Positions 10,213-23,730 of a stretch of 64,000 nt of DNA are shown one piece after another. The stretch's first letter is position 1, and the number at the start of each line of letters is the position of its first letter. The stretch is taken from assembly GCA_964234715.1 (NCBI GenBank), contig OZ174281.1; one strand, given 5' to 3'. Under the pieces are notes generated by a model, which saw nothing but the letters and a program-made list of their open reading frames with translations, searched no databases and had not been told where the DNA came from. The stretch is from Podarcis melisellensis (taxonomy: Eukaryota). The position numbers were made by a program, and so were the translations under genes.

Positions 10213-13200
10213 AATGATGGAAGCGGACACTCAATTTCTACAAATATGTATTTATTGTTTTGGGCTCAGTTATTTATGTTTCTAATTTCTGCCTTGTGAT
10301 AGGGAGTTGCCAGATATGTTTTGAGACCTCAGCTAACTACAAATTAATAGTGGCCCTGGGATATCAATGAGAGCAGGATGATGAGTTGCCTTCCAGGATA
10401 CAGCCAACTTGCAGTTCCAGGCTGGTCTCTCACCACTTCCATCTTCAAACACAGTGAAGATCTTACCCACGTGGGACATGCAAGGTCAAATGCTGATAGC
10501 TAAGGAACATTGCTGTCTTGATGGACAATTACCACATTTCTTTCTCATTGGTATTGATTAATTAACAGCACACAGGAACAAGCAGGCTTCAAAACTTTCC
10601 TGTTGTTGGCTGGTCCCAAATTTGTAAATGACACAAAACTTCAGCTTTTATTTATTTAATTTTTTAGAATACACACCATGCTTTTCACCACATGTCTCAA
10701 AGCAGCTTACAAAAAAGGAAACTTTAGTTTTCCTTGTCCAAAGCAAGGAAAAATGCGTTTTTGGGCAGGGTCGGTATTCATCCCTCCTGGGTGAAGTCCT
10801 ATCTGCCATGACTCTAACCCAGCAGCATTTAGATGCTATTCTCAGCCTGGCATTTTAAAAAGCCTTTAAGTCCAATTCAACAAACTACTAACACTGCAAA
10901 GTAGAGAAGTTAGAATTATTTCTACCTTTTTGGATTTTTTTTAAAAAAAGTTTTACACTGTGGCAGGGTAAAAATGGGCAAACTGTTTTGGGGTACATGC
11001 TTGCAGCTGGTAGCTGGACAATTTTTTTCTTCTTTTCTGCTGATTGTCATTGTTCTCTCCCACAATGCCCCCAGAATGAGATTACATCAAGGCACAGCAA
11101 CATGGTCCCAAAGGTTTTGGGGTTTTTTTGGGGGGGGGAGAGATAAATGGTAAATATGCCCCTGAAACTGCTTGAAGACTCTGTCACTACGCCTTTCAAC
11201 CAATGTCAGCGACTGGGCTCAATAACTGGTTCTGCCCCAACTGGGCTAGGTGACTGGAGCACTTTCAGAAACCATCCAGTCCTGGAAAACAGGTCCCAGT
11301 GCACTGGACTCACAACTGTGCATTGTGAGCACCAGACTCAGAAGAGTATAAATAATGCGGAAGCTAGCTGTGAAGCATAACTTCTTTTATTTCTAATAGC
11401 TACTACAAACTAAAGAACTACCGGCTTGCTTGAATGTTACATCTCCCACTAAGCCATCTAGTCACTACTTAGATAAGACTCTCTCCACACACAGAGTATG
11501 TCAGGAGCGGAAGAGTAGAAGAGCAGTTTCCGCCCCCTCCTTTCTCAAAACATCAGATCAGGAGATTCTTGCAATGGGAGGGGGTGAAAATATCAACACT
11601 CTCCACACCCCATTTGAGGCTTGAGTTCTATATTTAATGTGGAAAATACCTAATAGATAGTAAATATATTCACCTCCCAATCGCATACTGACTCAATTTC
11701 AAAACTGCATCTCTTTAGTAAAGAAGAGACTCTTGCACATCAGGAAAGGTTAGCTACTACAGTACCAGACATTGCTGACACAGCAAAACCTTTGTGGATG
11801 CCATTCTCCTTTGCATCACATTCTATAGCAGTGAATTCCACTTTATGGCTACAAAATATGGTGAGGAGGACACCATGTAATGATGGATAAACTCCCCTTG
11901 GCTCAGTCTGAAATTGGCTTGGCACCCAGAATGCTGAAATATCTGGGACTTGTAACCAGAGTTGCCATGCTGACAGCATCCTTTCATTATATAATATTAA
12001 ATTGTTCCTAAATGAAATAAAACAAATCCATTCTGGAAACTAATCAGAGCCCAGGCAGAGCTAAGCAAACCTCCTTTGTCGTCACCAAGTGTGAACTTTT
12101 ATAGGCTCCATAAAACTCCAGAGCACCGGAGGAAAGGGAGACATGCAGCCCTCAAACTGACTGACCCCTAAGTGACTCACATTTTATACAAAGATATTTC
12201 ATATGTACTCTCTGTCAGCCTTCCCTTTCTTCCAAAAGTGCCTAGCCCTTTTCAGCCTGAGGGCTGCATGGTGGGCCTGGCCAACTCACATTCTAGCGCA
12301 TGCAGAAAGACAACACACACAGCCCTTCCATGCTCCCCAGGGCCACTGTGGTGTGCTTGCAGCAGTGCCCCTTCCCTTTCCCTTTCATTTTAGAAGGGCA
12401 AAAGTCTTGGTCCTAAGCATTTTGCCTGGCCATCCTGCCTGACCCAGGCTACCTCCGCTGCGCCTTTAAAGCTGCTCAAGGTTCCTTCTGGCTGCACTTA
12501 ACTTTGTTTTCCTGGAACGGTCAAATCACATCAAGCCTCACTGAGTGCCATGGGGAGGAAAATCACTTCCACTCCATTGTTCGGATGATGCCTCTAAAGA
12601 GGGCATCCTTTCCCTGACTATAATGGTGCTGAGAGGTTTAAATCTCTCTGCCCAGCCCAGCACTATGACATTCTCTTCTTCTTTCTCCTCTTCTTCATGG
12701 AGGAGAGAACCTCTCACCCGCTCCGATGTTTCCTGAATTGACTTGGAACAGGATGACTTCTTGGGTTATTAGGTGTGTGGTGGCTGCAAATGCACCATGT
12801 CTCAGGACACGGAAGAGACAGTGGCATGGTTCACACATAATGCTAAGCCAAACCATGGTTTAACTTGAATAAGCAAATGTGCGGGTTCCAGGGTGAAGCT
12901 GAGAGTGCAGTATTCCTCAGCCAGTCCTGCTGCCGCCCCACTGCCTAGGGCGAAGTCGCGGCTTGGCTTGGCGACAGGTTCGAAGGTGATTTGTTAAACA
13001 ACAGGCAGCAATACAGTAGTACCATTATGCAGGCTTACTTGGAAGTAACTTCCACAGAGTTCAATGAAGCCTACTTCCAGTGGTATGCATATAATTACTA
13101 AGGAAGGCTGCTGTTGTGTTTCTGAGTGATGTCACCAAGACAACCAGTTTTAGGAACTGAGCATCACAGTCTGGAATGAAACTATGAAACTACATCAACC

Positions 13201-13804
13201 GTTCAAACGACCCACCTTGGCAGCGGATCAATGATAAGTGTTTCACCGCCTTGCCTGCCGGGCAGACTTAAGCACAGAGACCTGATGAGGTTCCCTGTAG
13301 TTCTCTTTGGTTTAATTATCTAAATAATAGTGCACTACAGACGTTTGTGGTGTCGCTGTGTGTAAAGTCTCTTGCCATTCTAATGGAGCAGCTGTGATGT
13401 AATACAAGAGGGGGCAGAGGCTTGGCTCCTCTGCTGGTGGACTTGGCTGAGCAGCCTGGATGTCAAAGACAGGCTGAAGTGCAAAGGAGAGGTGAGTATC
13501 AGGGAGCCAGTGTTGTGAAATAGTTAGGAAAGGTTAGGTAAAGCAGGGAGAGCCCTGGGACAAAAAGGACAGCACTTTTAAACAAAGACTGGCAGAGAAC
13601 GCAGGGAGGGCTGCAAAAGGAGGAGCTGGTGGGTGGGTCAGGAGAAGCGGCCGGGGGTGGGGGGAGAGGAGGCTTCTGAAAAATATACCATTTACTTTAA
13701 TTTCAGACTGATATTTTTGAAGCCACAAAAACACTTTGAGTGAATCATTTGCCGCTGTTTGTTGCATGCAATAGTATCTTGAGGACCCTCTTGGATTCTG
13801 GGGT

Positions 13805-14170
13805 TGTTCTTTAGTCGTGTAGTTATTTCCAACTCTTTGTGACCCCATGGACCAGAACACGCCAGGCACTCCTGTCTTCCCCTGCCTCCCACAATTTGGT
13901 GAAACTCATGTTAGTAGCTTCGAGAACGCTGTCCCACCATCTCGTCCTCTGTCGTCCACTTCTCCTTGTGCCCTCCATCTTTCCCAACATCAGGGTCTTT
14001 TCCAGGGAGTCTTCTCTTCTCATGAGGTGGCCAAGGTATTGGAGCCTCAGCTTCAGGATGATTTGATCTTCTTGCAGTCCATGGGACTCTCAAGAGTCTC
14101 CTCTAGCACCATAATCCACCTGGGGCAGGAACCGGCAAGCCACTCCAGTATCCCTGCCAAGAAAACTCCA
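13805..14170 (-). mobile_element. BovB (RTE) 3' fragment with an inverted 5'-derived segment
   Basis: Minus-strand MRREDSLEKTLMLGKMEGTRRSGRQRTRW...AWRVLVHGVTKS; 14114-14175 matches the + strand BovB 5' region near 62993-63054. Confidence 0.9.
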
Positions 14171-15025
14171 TGGACTCTAGGGTAGGGGTTATAATTGAGG
14201 TTATAATTGAAGTCTTTTGACCAAAGTAACATGGCCAGGCTCAGCTGCCAGCATCGTTGCAGGAAGCACAACTGAATCTTAGCAACTTTTTGGCAACACT
14301 GACATACCTGCACTTGGGAGCTGCTCCAAATTTATGCTTAAATTTCTAATTGCACCTGTAGATCAGCCAAGCCTTGTGTTAACTCTTCCTGTGTAATTTT
14401 TATTGATGTTCCTTTGCTGGCGCCAGGCTGTCCCTGTTCCGCTAGGCTTAGATGATTCCTTAAGGAACCCAGCTTGGCAAGACATGGAGCATAATGAAAT
14501 GCCCAAGGGACTCTGTAGCACTACTGCTTGGGGAGGCGGGGCTGCCCTATGTGGGAGGCTCTGCTGCAGAAAAGAAGGGAGGAGAAACCTGGGGAAGATG
14601 GAGCGAAAATGCTTGTTGTGCCTTTCTGCGTGCACTCCAGGGGTGGGAACAGTTTTCTATCTCCCTTGACGTCTCTCTGGCTGTCAAGCATTAAGTGCAA
14701 AACACTGTATGCATGAAATATACACTCCTTTTTATGAGTTGCACGACTCCTTACTCAGAGGAGCCCTGACTTCTAGGTGGCATCCTTAAAATAAAACTGT
14801 GTTCTGTGCAGTTCTGCAAAATTTATGCAGTATCTCCTACTCCAAACTCTTTTGGACATGTCATAATCTTCCTGAAAATGAAGGCTTCATTTATTTCAGT
14901 TTGCCTTCTCCATTTGCACTCATTTAAACAAAGATGAGTTGAAATCTAGGACACATCTTGCATCTAGGGGACAAAGAAATGCATGTCTGAGCAGAATGTC
15001 ATCCCAGCTCCTCCCTTGGCAATAG

Positions 15026-15263
15026 CAGACCCTCCAAGTTTTCCAGGCACAGTCCTGTATTTACAGAAGCCGTCCCAGTTTCTGATTTGGTCCTGGAATG
15101 TCCTGCTTTTCCTTAGGGTGTCCTTATTTTCATTGGAGAAATGTTGGAGGGTATGGTAGGATGTCCGTATTTTCATAGGAGAAGTGGGATGGGATGGAGT
15201 TATGTGACCCTCAAGCCAAGGAGATAAGCAACTACACAACCTTTAGAAGACATCTGAAGGCAA
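15026..15263. mobile_element. hAT-type MITE (CAGACCCTCCAA...TTGGAGGGTATG) with L2-derived extension
   Basis: TIR-bounded core 15026-15155; second copy at 33726-34058. Confidence 0.7.
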
Positions 15264-15809
15264 CTCAACGCACATCCCTCTATTTCCTACTTAGAGTAGT
15301 TCTTTTACATTTATGTAGTTATGCATTTTGGTCAGTATTCAACTAACACGTTGTGTCAGTGCAAGTATTTATGCTTGTGCAACAGAGCACCCTCCCACCT
15401 TTTCATTCTCTCTAGCGTTCTGTGTGTCTTCCCCAAATCTGCTTGGGCTGTTGTGTTGGGGGAACTCCTGGAACAGATTTAGCAGGCATGCAGGGGAGAA
15501 TTGCATCAGAGAAATACTTGCATTGGCGGGACCTATGAGTTGGGTACCTCTTTGTTTGTGTGCCACCTGCTTACCAGAAATTGTCTAGAAAAACAATATG
15601 TGTTGGTTTATCAGATGTCATGCCAGAACAACTATACAATTATTTTATTTATTTTATTAATTCAGCAATATTGATGATTGTAGAAACAAATTCTAAGCAG
15701 TTTACAAGAAGTATTAAGATTATAAATAAAAAATTAAAAACTTTTTAAAATAATTAAAATTATCAGTAAAAGAGAATAAAACACACCAACATATATGTGT
15801 CTGGATAGG

Positions 15810-16170
15810 TAAAAGGTAAAGGTACCCCTGCCCGTACGGGCCAGTCTTGCCAGACTCTGGGGTTGTGCGCCCATCTCACTCAAGAGGCCAGGGGCCAGCG
15901 CTGTCCGAAGACACTTCCGGGTCACGTGGCCAGCGTGACATCGCTGCTCTGGCGAGCCAGAGCTGCACACGGAAACGCCGTTTACCTTCCCGCTAGAAAG
16001 CGGTCCCTATTTATCTACTTGCACCCGAGGGTGCTTTCGAACTGCTAGGTTGGCAGGCGCTGGGACCGAACAACGGGAGCGCACCCCGCCGCGGGGATTC
16101 GAACCGCCGACCTTTTGATCGGCAAGCCCTAGGCGCTGAGGCTTTAACCCACAGCGCCACCCGCGTCCCC
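15810..16170 (-). mobile_element. Sauria SINE, full length
   Basis: About 97% identical (by eye) to 5167-5530 in reverse; 16-bp TSD TATGTGTCTGGATAGG. Confidence 0.94.
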
Positions 16171-18955
16171 TATGTGTCTGGATAGGCTTGCTTAAATAAA
16201 AATGTTTTAAGCAGGCACCAGATACAGAACAGCAAAGGCACCTCCCTGATGCCAGTTCCTATGTGTATGGGATACCAGGCTAAAAGATCCATTTATTACA
16301 ATTGTGTAGGATTGCGTAGCACTTGTAGCAGTGCCAGTTCCACAGTTAAACAATCCTGGGCACTGTAGTTTACCCCTCGCAGAGTTACAATGCGCGGCAA
16401 CCCTTAACAAACAACAGTGCCCAGAATCTTCAATGCAAAGAATGTGCTTCGAATGTGCTTTAAAGGTGTACACAGGTGTACACAGCTTAGATTTGGGTAG
16501 CCAACATCTGAGCTCTTGTGTGGAAGGACACTCTACAATGATTGAAAGGCTTGAAGAATACTTTGACACTCAAATTGGTACCACCACGAGTTGTCATGCT
16601 CCATAATAAAGTTGATGTTACTTATCTGTCAGGCCTTCACAGTTATGGAGCATATGTATTTAGGCATAGCATTATGTGCTATGTAATTGCATAGCATTAA
16701 ATGATGTTTTGCTTCTGGAACTCTCTCCTCAGAGATGGGACCAAGTATTTTTTTAAAATGTGCTTGTGTCACATACTTTATTATTTATCCAGGGCTTTTA
16801 CTTTGTCATCCGCATTTAGGGATAAATTGTTCTTTAGGAGCCTGTTTTGCTGTTTTTAGTGGGCTGGGGCCCAGGTACTGCACAAAGCATATACAGCCTT
16901 TTCTCTTGTTGCCCTGTTGTTCGAAAGACTCTGTTGCAACTGTGAGCTAGGTCCATCTGCAGTAGGGCTGCCATATTTCAAAAATTAAAAACCAGGGCAC
17001 CCTGAACGTTGCTGAGCTTTTTTTTAAAAAAAAAAAACAAATGGGAAAAACCCCCACAACACATGCAATTTTTTGATTGACTTGTCAATGGTCCATGACA
17101 AAGCACCGCCTTTCAGAAATCCCCCCCTGGACTGCAGCCATAATCTTCAGTATCAAACCATACATTTCCCAGAGTTCTATGGAAAGAGTTCTGTGAGGGC
17201 AGTAGGGTCTTCTAGCAACTCTCAGAACCCTTAACAAACTACAGCTCCCAGGATTCTTAGAGGGAAGCCAAGGCTATTCAAAGTGATATGATACTGTTTT
17301 AGAAATGGGGTACTGGACTCCAGCGTGATGATCACAGATGCTACAACTCATTTCTCTTGGCTTCCTTCCTTCCTTCCTAATATGCCATTAGTGGCAAGAA
17401 AACTGCTATCTATAATTGATTGTTTCCCCAGCCTCAGAATAATTTTTTCCAAATATTATTTTGTTATGAACTGTTGTAAGGAGCAGAAGTACAAAACATG
17501 CACCAAAATACACCACAGTCCTAGTTTCTGATCCCAAATCTCCCTGTCCACAGCTCAGCCATTCTAGCCATGAAGCCACAAGGGAGATGAGCTGAAGGAT
17601 CCTCTCCTTTGGCTTGTCCTCGTCTTTCCTACTTGGATAAGTTAAGTGCTGGCATTGACAAGACTTGTTGATTATGTGGGGAGGGCACAGAGTCCATGAT
17701 CCCTTTTTCTTGAAAAGTATTAAGCATTGCCAGAAACAATTCCCCCCCAGACTTTTCACTCAGTGTGTTATGACTGGCTGAGTCCTTCCGCCACCATCAA
17801 AGAAGTTATTTAACAACTTATGTCAATCCCAGCTTTTTTTCTTTTTTTGTTTGTGTGTGTAAACATTTGCTTCCCTGTTCTTCCTCTAGAAACTTCTATA
17901 TTCTTCCCCCACCCACTCCTGTGCCCCATTTTGACCTACCTGTCCTTGTGCCAAGGACAAGACTCAGCCTTGCTCCAAGAACCATATATCTTGCTTGAGT
18001 CAGGCAGACCCAGGCAGCTGTTTCCCTGACCTGGGGAGGCATAGCCCAATGAAGGTTGAAAAGCCCCGGATCAAGCTACTCTTCTTGGAAAAGAACCAAG
18101 TACAGGGGTGGGGTGAGGTGCTGGAACTTGGCTCAGATCTCAGGCTCAGGACTCATTCTGGGAAGGGATCACTCGCGGATGGCACCCGTATGCTTGCGTA
18201 GCCTTACATGCCTTCATGTCAGGAGTATTATAAACATCCTTTTCCATGCCCCCCCCCCATGTTTTGCTCTGGATGATGCTGGCTGAAGATGTCCACGGTG
18301 GGCTGGGTTCTTTCAAAGTAAGCTGGCTGGCGTTGCCAAACAGCTGCTTTGTGTCTGCAGCTCATTGGAGTAGCAGGACTTGTGCTTTCAGCGGCTGACA
18401 GGTCTTGGTTAACAACTCCCTTCTTCTTTTGTAAAAATGGGTTGCGCAGCAGCAAGTTTAGGCATGACCCATATTTTGAAAGAGGAATTTTTTTTTGTTT
18501 CTCCTGCAGTTTCATGAGAAAATCCCACTCTGAGTCAATAAACACAGAGGCTTATTTTCTGCGCAAGGAGGCAGGAAGTTTGTGTTGTGTGGGTGTGTAT
18601 GTATATAGAATATGGATGGGTACATCTGCATTGCAAAGGGTACTTAGAGGGACCTCCAGGCTTACATAAAATTAATCTGGGATTATTTTTCTGAAAGATA
18701 CACAGCACCTCAGTGTCCTGCTTCATCAGTACAATTGTGCTCTTTAAAGCAAATGTAATTTGGGTGCAGCACATAGACAAGGAATCACTTTTTAATACTG
18801 TATTTGTAACCTAGCCTTTTAAAAGGGGAGATTAATATTTATCTTCACAACAATGGATGGGACATTGGAATCTCTCCTTGTGTAGATGAGTAACCAGTTA
18901 TCACCTATAAGTCCTATGTTTTTGAAATTTGGGGGAACGGCAACTCTACAGTTCT

Positions 18956-19851
18956 TTTTTTAAAATTATATTTATTAAAGTTTTATAGACAGAAAAAAGT
19001 TACAGAATAAAAAAGAGAAAAAATAAAAATAAAAAGGTACAAAAATACAAATGAAAAATACAAAATACATGAAAAATAGGAAACAATTAAAAACAGATCA
19101 ATCTTTTCATGTCTTATATTTCATTTACTTATTTCCCTGACCTCCTCACACCTCCCTTTTTTGTATTCCAGTTCACATGGTTAATTCAGCAAATCCTTTC
19201 CCTCTTTGTTTTTATCTTAATTCTATATCTTAACATATTAAAGCTTCATATTTTCATCTGATTATCAATCCATTTTTACATATTCTTTTAACCTTGTTGC
19301 TAAACAAGCCGTTTCATTTCAATCCAACATCATTTTAACATTCATTAATTTTACAATGTTTCTGCAAATAATCTTTAAATTTCTTCCGATCTTCTTCCAC
19401 CAACTCTTCTCCCTGGTCTCGGATTCTGCCAGTCATTTCCGCCAATTCTATACAGTCTATCACTTTCATCTGCCATTCTTCCAAGGTGGGTAGATCTTGT
19501 GTCTTCCAATACTTTGCGATGAGTATTCTTGCTGCTGTTGTAGCGTACATAAAGAAAATTCTATCCTTCTTTGGCACCAATTGGCCGACCATGCCCAGGA
19601 GAAAGGCTTCTGGTTTCTTCAAGAAGGTATATTTAAATACCTTTTTCAATTCATTATAGATCATCTCCCAGAAAGCCTTAGTCCTTGGGCACGTCCACCA
19701 GAGGTGAAAGAATGTACCTTCATTTTCTTTACATTTCCAACACTTATTATCGGGCAAATGATATATTTTTGCAAGCTTGACTGGTGTCATGTACCGCCTG
19801 TATATCATTTTCATAATATTCTCTCTTAAGGCATTACATGCTGTGAATTGC
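18956..19851 (-). mobile_element. 5'-truncated L1 LINE (ORF2 C-terminus + 3' UTR)
   Basis: ORF 19335-19874 with the CCHC knuckle CWKCKENEGTFFHLWWTC; A-rich tail; 10-bp TSD CTACAGTTCT (18946-55 / 19852-61). Confidence 0.92.
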
Positions 19852-19879
19852 CTACAGTTCTGACTCTGTGACATGGCCA

Positions 19880-20020
19880 GGTCCCTAGCGTCTCTAGCTA
19901 AAATGGTCTCAGATAGCAGGGTAGCGGGGAAATGCTGGATAGCTGCTGCTGGACAGTACAGACAATACCCAGCTAGATGAAATAATTGTTTGACTCCATA
20001 TAAGGCAGTTCTCTTTGTAC
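19880..20020 (+). mobile_element. Degraded squamate tRNA-SINE (Squam2-like) 3' portion
   Basis: Tail GACAATACCCAGCTAGATG...TGACTCCATATAAGGCAG resembles the recalled consensus. Confidence 0.45.
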
Positions 20021-20040
20021 ATACAAACTCAGGTCCTCAA

Positions 20041-20293
20041 CATGGGTGTAGTCGGGGGGGGAGGGGGGTGGTGGCAGGGGCAGCTGCCTCCCTAAATCAA
20101 GTAAATAAATTAAAATACTTAACTATGAGTAGAAATAATCAGAATATTTGAAATGTTTTGACAGATTTTTCTGAGCACTTGGGGTCAAAAGAAAGTAATC
20201 TAAAACAACTGTTGTTGAGACATTTCATTCTGAATCTGCTGTTCTGCCCTCCTCCCCCCCCCCCCCCCCGGATAAATCCTGGCTACACCCATG
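20041..20293. mobile_element. hAT MITE (CATGGG.GTAG family)
   Basis: TIRs CATGGGTGTAG / CTACACCCATG; 8-bp TSD GTCCTCAA/GTCCCCAA. Confidence 0.8.
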
Positions 20294-20593
20294 GTCCCCA
20301 AGATCTAAATTCAGCACTGTCCCTGCTGACAACAAGGGCTAAAAATAAATGAAAATTTGAAAAAGAAGTCATGTATAGATTCCACCAAGTAATTAACTGT
20401 GTAAGAGCAATGCGATCAAAACCTGGCAAAAGATCTGATTTGAATCCCAGTAACTGCATACTAAAACAGCCACCAGCAAAGAAAGCTTGATAAAGACCAC
20501 ATGTTTCATCCTAGTGGTGATGCTAATCATGCTCATACATTGCTATTTTAGTGCCCAGAAAGTTTCATGTTCGTCACACCAGTAATTTTATGA

Positions 20594-20723
20594 CAGCTTT
20601 CCCCAACTCCCTGGATCCTTTTAACTGGAGCTCCTACCAGCCAAAGCCACCATAGCTATACTAGGGGGAGTTGATGGAGGCTGTAGCCCACATTATCTGG
20701 GGGCTGCCAGGGTGGGGAGGGCT
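20594..20723. mobile_element. Degraded hAT-Charlie-like MITE
   Basis: Imperfect TIRs CAGCTTTCCCCAAC / GGTGGGGAGGGCTG. Confidence 0.5.
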
Positions 20724-23700
20724 GCTTTATAAAAACCCAGTAATGAAAATATGTTCATACATTTGCATAGAAGACTGCAGCCCAGGTATCGTGCCAGGAA
20801 TGTTCATGTCAAGGAAACTTCACTGCTGTCTCCACGTTTGTTTGGCAGTTGCAGCAGCCTTAGAGTTGCCAGTTCTCAATGCTAAAAGTAAAACTAGAAG
20901 CTAGAGGAAAGGCTGTATATGCCTCGTGTGGCCTTTGGAACAGCAAGACCTTTGAAGCAAAGAACCTTCTCTGGGATCAGAGAGAGATGCTTACTTACAA
21001 GTGTGTATAGTGTATGCATATAGTAGTGTATAGTAGTGTGCCGAGTAAAAGTGAACTCTGCTAAACAACTGTTTAAGCTAAACTGCTTGACTGAAGCTTC
21101 CATTTGAGGGTGAGGATCCTGCCCCATTGGTAAGGTCCAGCTCGGGAAGTGCAGTCACTGAGGGTATTGATCTGGAGGTCTTGAGCGCAGGAGGACTGTG
21201 GTGGTTGTACCCAGTTTCAGTGGTGACATGGTTCAGATCTGGCATCTATGCAGATTGTGCTATTTGCTTTTGGTTCCACTGACCTCCTGCTCTCCAAGTT
21301 GGTGTTGACGTTACTGCTAGATGTCTGAGTCACGACACCGGTTGCCACACTGTAGCAGGTGCAAGAGCACAGTTGAGTTCAGGTGCACTCCCATGCTGCA
21401 AACCTGATCCCTCTGGAGTGGGAGTGGGGAGTGAAACTGTCTACAAGAGGCAAGTACACACCTCTTGAATTTTTAGGTGCTTAAAAATAAACATCAACTG
21501 AAACTCATGCATGCAGTTTCAACTGGATGATGCCTTGAATAGCTCTAGCTTGGATTTGAAATCAATAGTGGCTTCTGTTGAGCTTTCAAGAGTATTCTAA
21601 GCAAATCCAAAATTTGGCATCCCTGTAGAAAATAATGGTTCCAACAGCACCTGGCACTCCTGTTATCTTCTAGCATCCTGCATTCAAACTGGTAGTATGG
21701 CTGTTGATGAAAACCTACAAGCATGACTAAGCACTCAGATAACACCAGGTGCACCATCGGGGATGGGGTGGGGCCAAGTGCCCCCCCATTTTTTCAAGGG
21801 TGGGACAAGGACCCCTAATATCCTGCCGCCTGTGGCAGGCCTTCCCACTGCCCCATTGGGCCGACCTGTGGCAATGGCAGTCCCCATTGGGCTTTCCCAT
21901 GGCCATGATGGGCCCTGTCTAGCCTCCCCACAGCTGTGGTGGGCCCCGTCTGGCCTCCCTGTGGCCGCAGAGGGCCTCATGGCCTCCTCCAGCCATGTGA
22001 GAGCACACAAATGCATGCTGCCCCCCCCCCCAAGTTGGGTGGCACCTGGCGCCTGCGGAGGGCACAGAACCTGTTAGGCATCCTGCAACTTTTGAAAATC
22101 TGCATATAAATGCATGAATGAAAACTCATTCTGTTTTGTGTGTGCTAACAGAATCATGATCACTAGCACCAATTCAAGTCTGGCATGCCTTATAGATTCG
22201 TTTGCAGGCTACCTTATTTCTCTAAGACCTACAGTGGAGTGCTGGGACCACAACAGGGCAGGGAGGATGTGTTCTTACACCCCTAAGGCCCTTCTGTCAG
22301 TAGGATGAAATAATGTAATCAAAACCTGATGGGAAATTTGAGAGCTTTGATACATTGAAGTCTGTTTGAATCCCTGTTCTCAAACAGTCTAAATTTCTGC
22401 AGAGCCCTCTGCGAGGTGACTTAGCCCTGCCTTAAAACATGCTTGACACATCCTGCCCAAACGACATGGTATTTAGAAAGGGAAAACAGAGCCCTAAAAG
22501 CACTTTCAGGTCCAAGTGAAGCACAATTAAGGTGTAAAAGGGCCTGCCTGTTAACTTCCTCTGCCACCCACACATAAATAGCTCCAAGGAGCATTTGGTC
22601 ACATAACCACTAGGTTTGCAAAGGCCAGTTCTCATGTAGGAACATGCAGAAGAATTTGCATGAGGAAATTAGGCAACAAGCGATGAGAATCACCTTTGTT
22701 TTCCTGCTGCTGCTGCTAAAGTCTGCCCTGCACTTCTACTCTAAACCCTGCCAACTGTCCATTATGTGGAGCATCCGTAGTGAAGACAGAGATGTAGAGA
22801 AGGCAGAGGAGACTGAACTTAAGAAAACACCTCTTTCTGACAGATCCACACTCAAATAAAGAGGGATGGCAAATACAAACAGCAGTGCAAAAAGAAAAAC
22901 TAACTGCTAAAATAGTAAAGGTTCTATGCATAGGAGCCAACTCCTAGGGGCTGAGGTTCAGCCTCCCAATGAAATATTTGAGAGGGCTGCTCCTCCCCAA
23001 AGTTGTTGGGCATTGCCACTCAAATTGCATGTGCTGCATCTCATGATCAATTAGGCGGGGGCTTACCTGCCCCCCTATTTTATTCAAGTTTCAATGCAAA
23101 TGGATGGTGAAGTTTGAGTACAAAATCCTAAATCAAATGTTGACACTAGAGCTGTTCTCATCTTCCTGCATGTTTGGGACCTTTATCTGTAAAAGTGTGT
23201 ATGCAGTTTTTTGCCAAGTGGATCCCAATGACTGAAAACAGCTGCACAGTTCTGAACCATTGTTCCTTATTACGGTACACTCACAGTTTGCTTAACTGTG
23301 CAACTATGCAGCTTGCACACTTGAGTCACTCCTATTTCTTTCTATGCCATTGATAATCTTCACAGACCTACTTTGAGATGCCTATCTGTAATTTATAATC
23401 TGTGACTTTCACTTCAAGACTGGAATTTCATTGATATCTGCAGCACCCTGTTACTGATTTTAGTCTGCACTGAAAAGGAGACACAGCAACCAAGAGTTTT
23501 GCAAGCTGCAACTTGTCTGATTCCTCAGCAGTGAGAGTTTTGTTATGAATGAACTGCATGTAATTGAATGGTACAGGATCATTAATTAGGTGTTGGTGCT
23601 AAATAATGAAACTACTTGAAAGATCCCAAGGGGCACATGGGCAATAGTCCTTAGCCTTTCCAGTATGTACAGGAGAAAGCAACAGAGTCAAATTTATGTA

Positions 23701-23730
23701 AAATAACATGGTCTCATGACACATGACTGT

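Noticed and set aside
13225-13290. Possible C/D-box snoRNA (ATGATAA...CTGA)
   Set aside because: C box imperfect, no convincing terminal stem, no recognisable rRNA guide.
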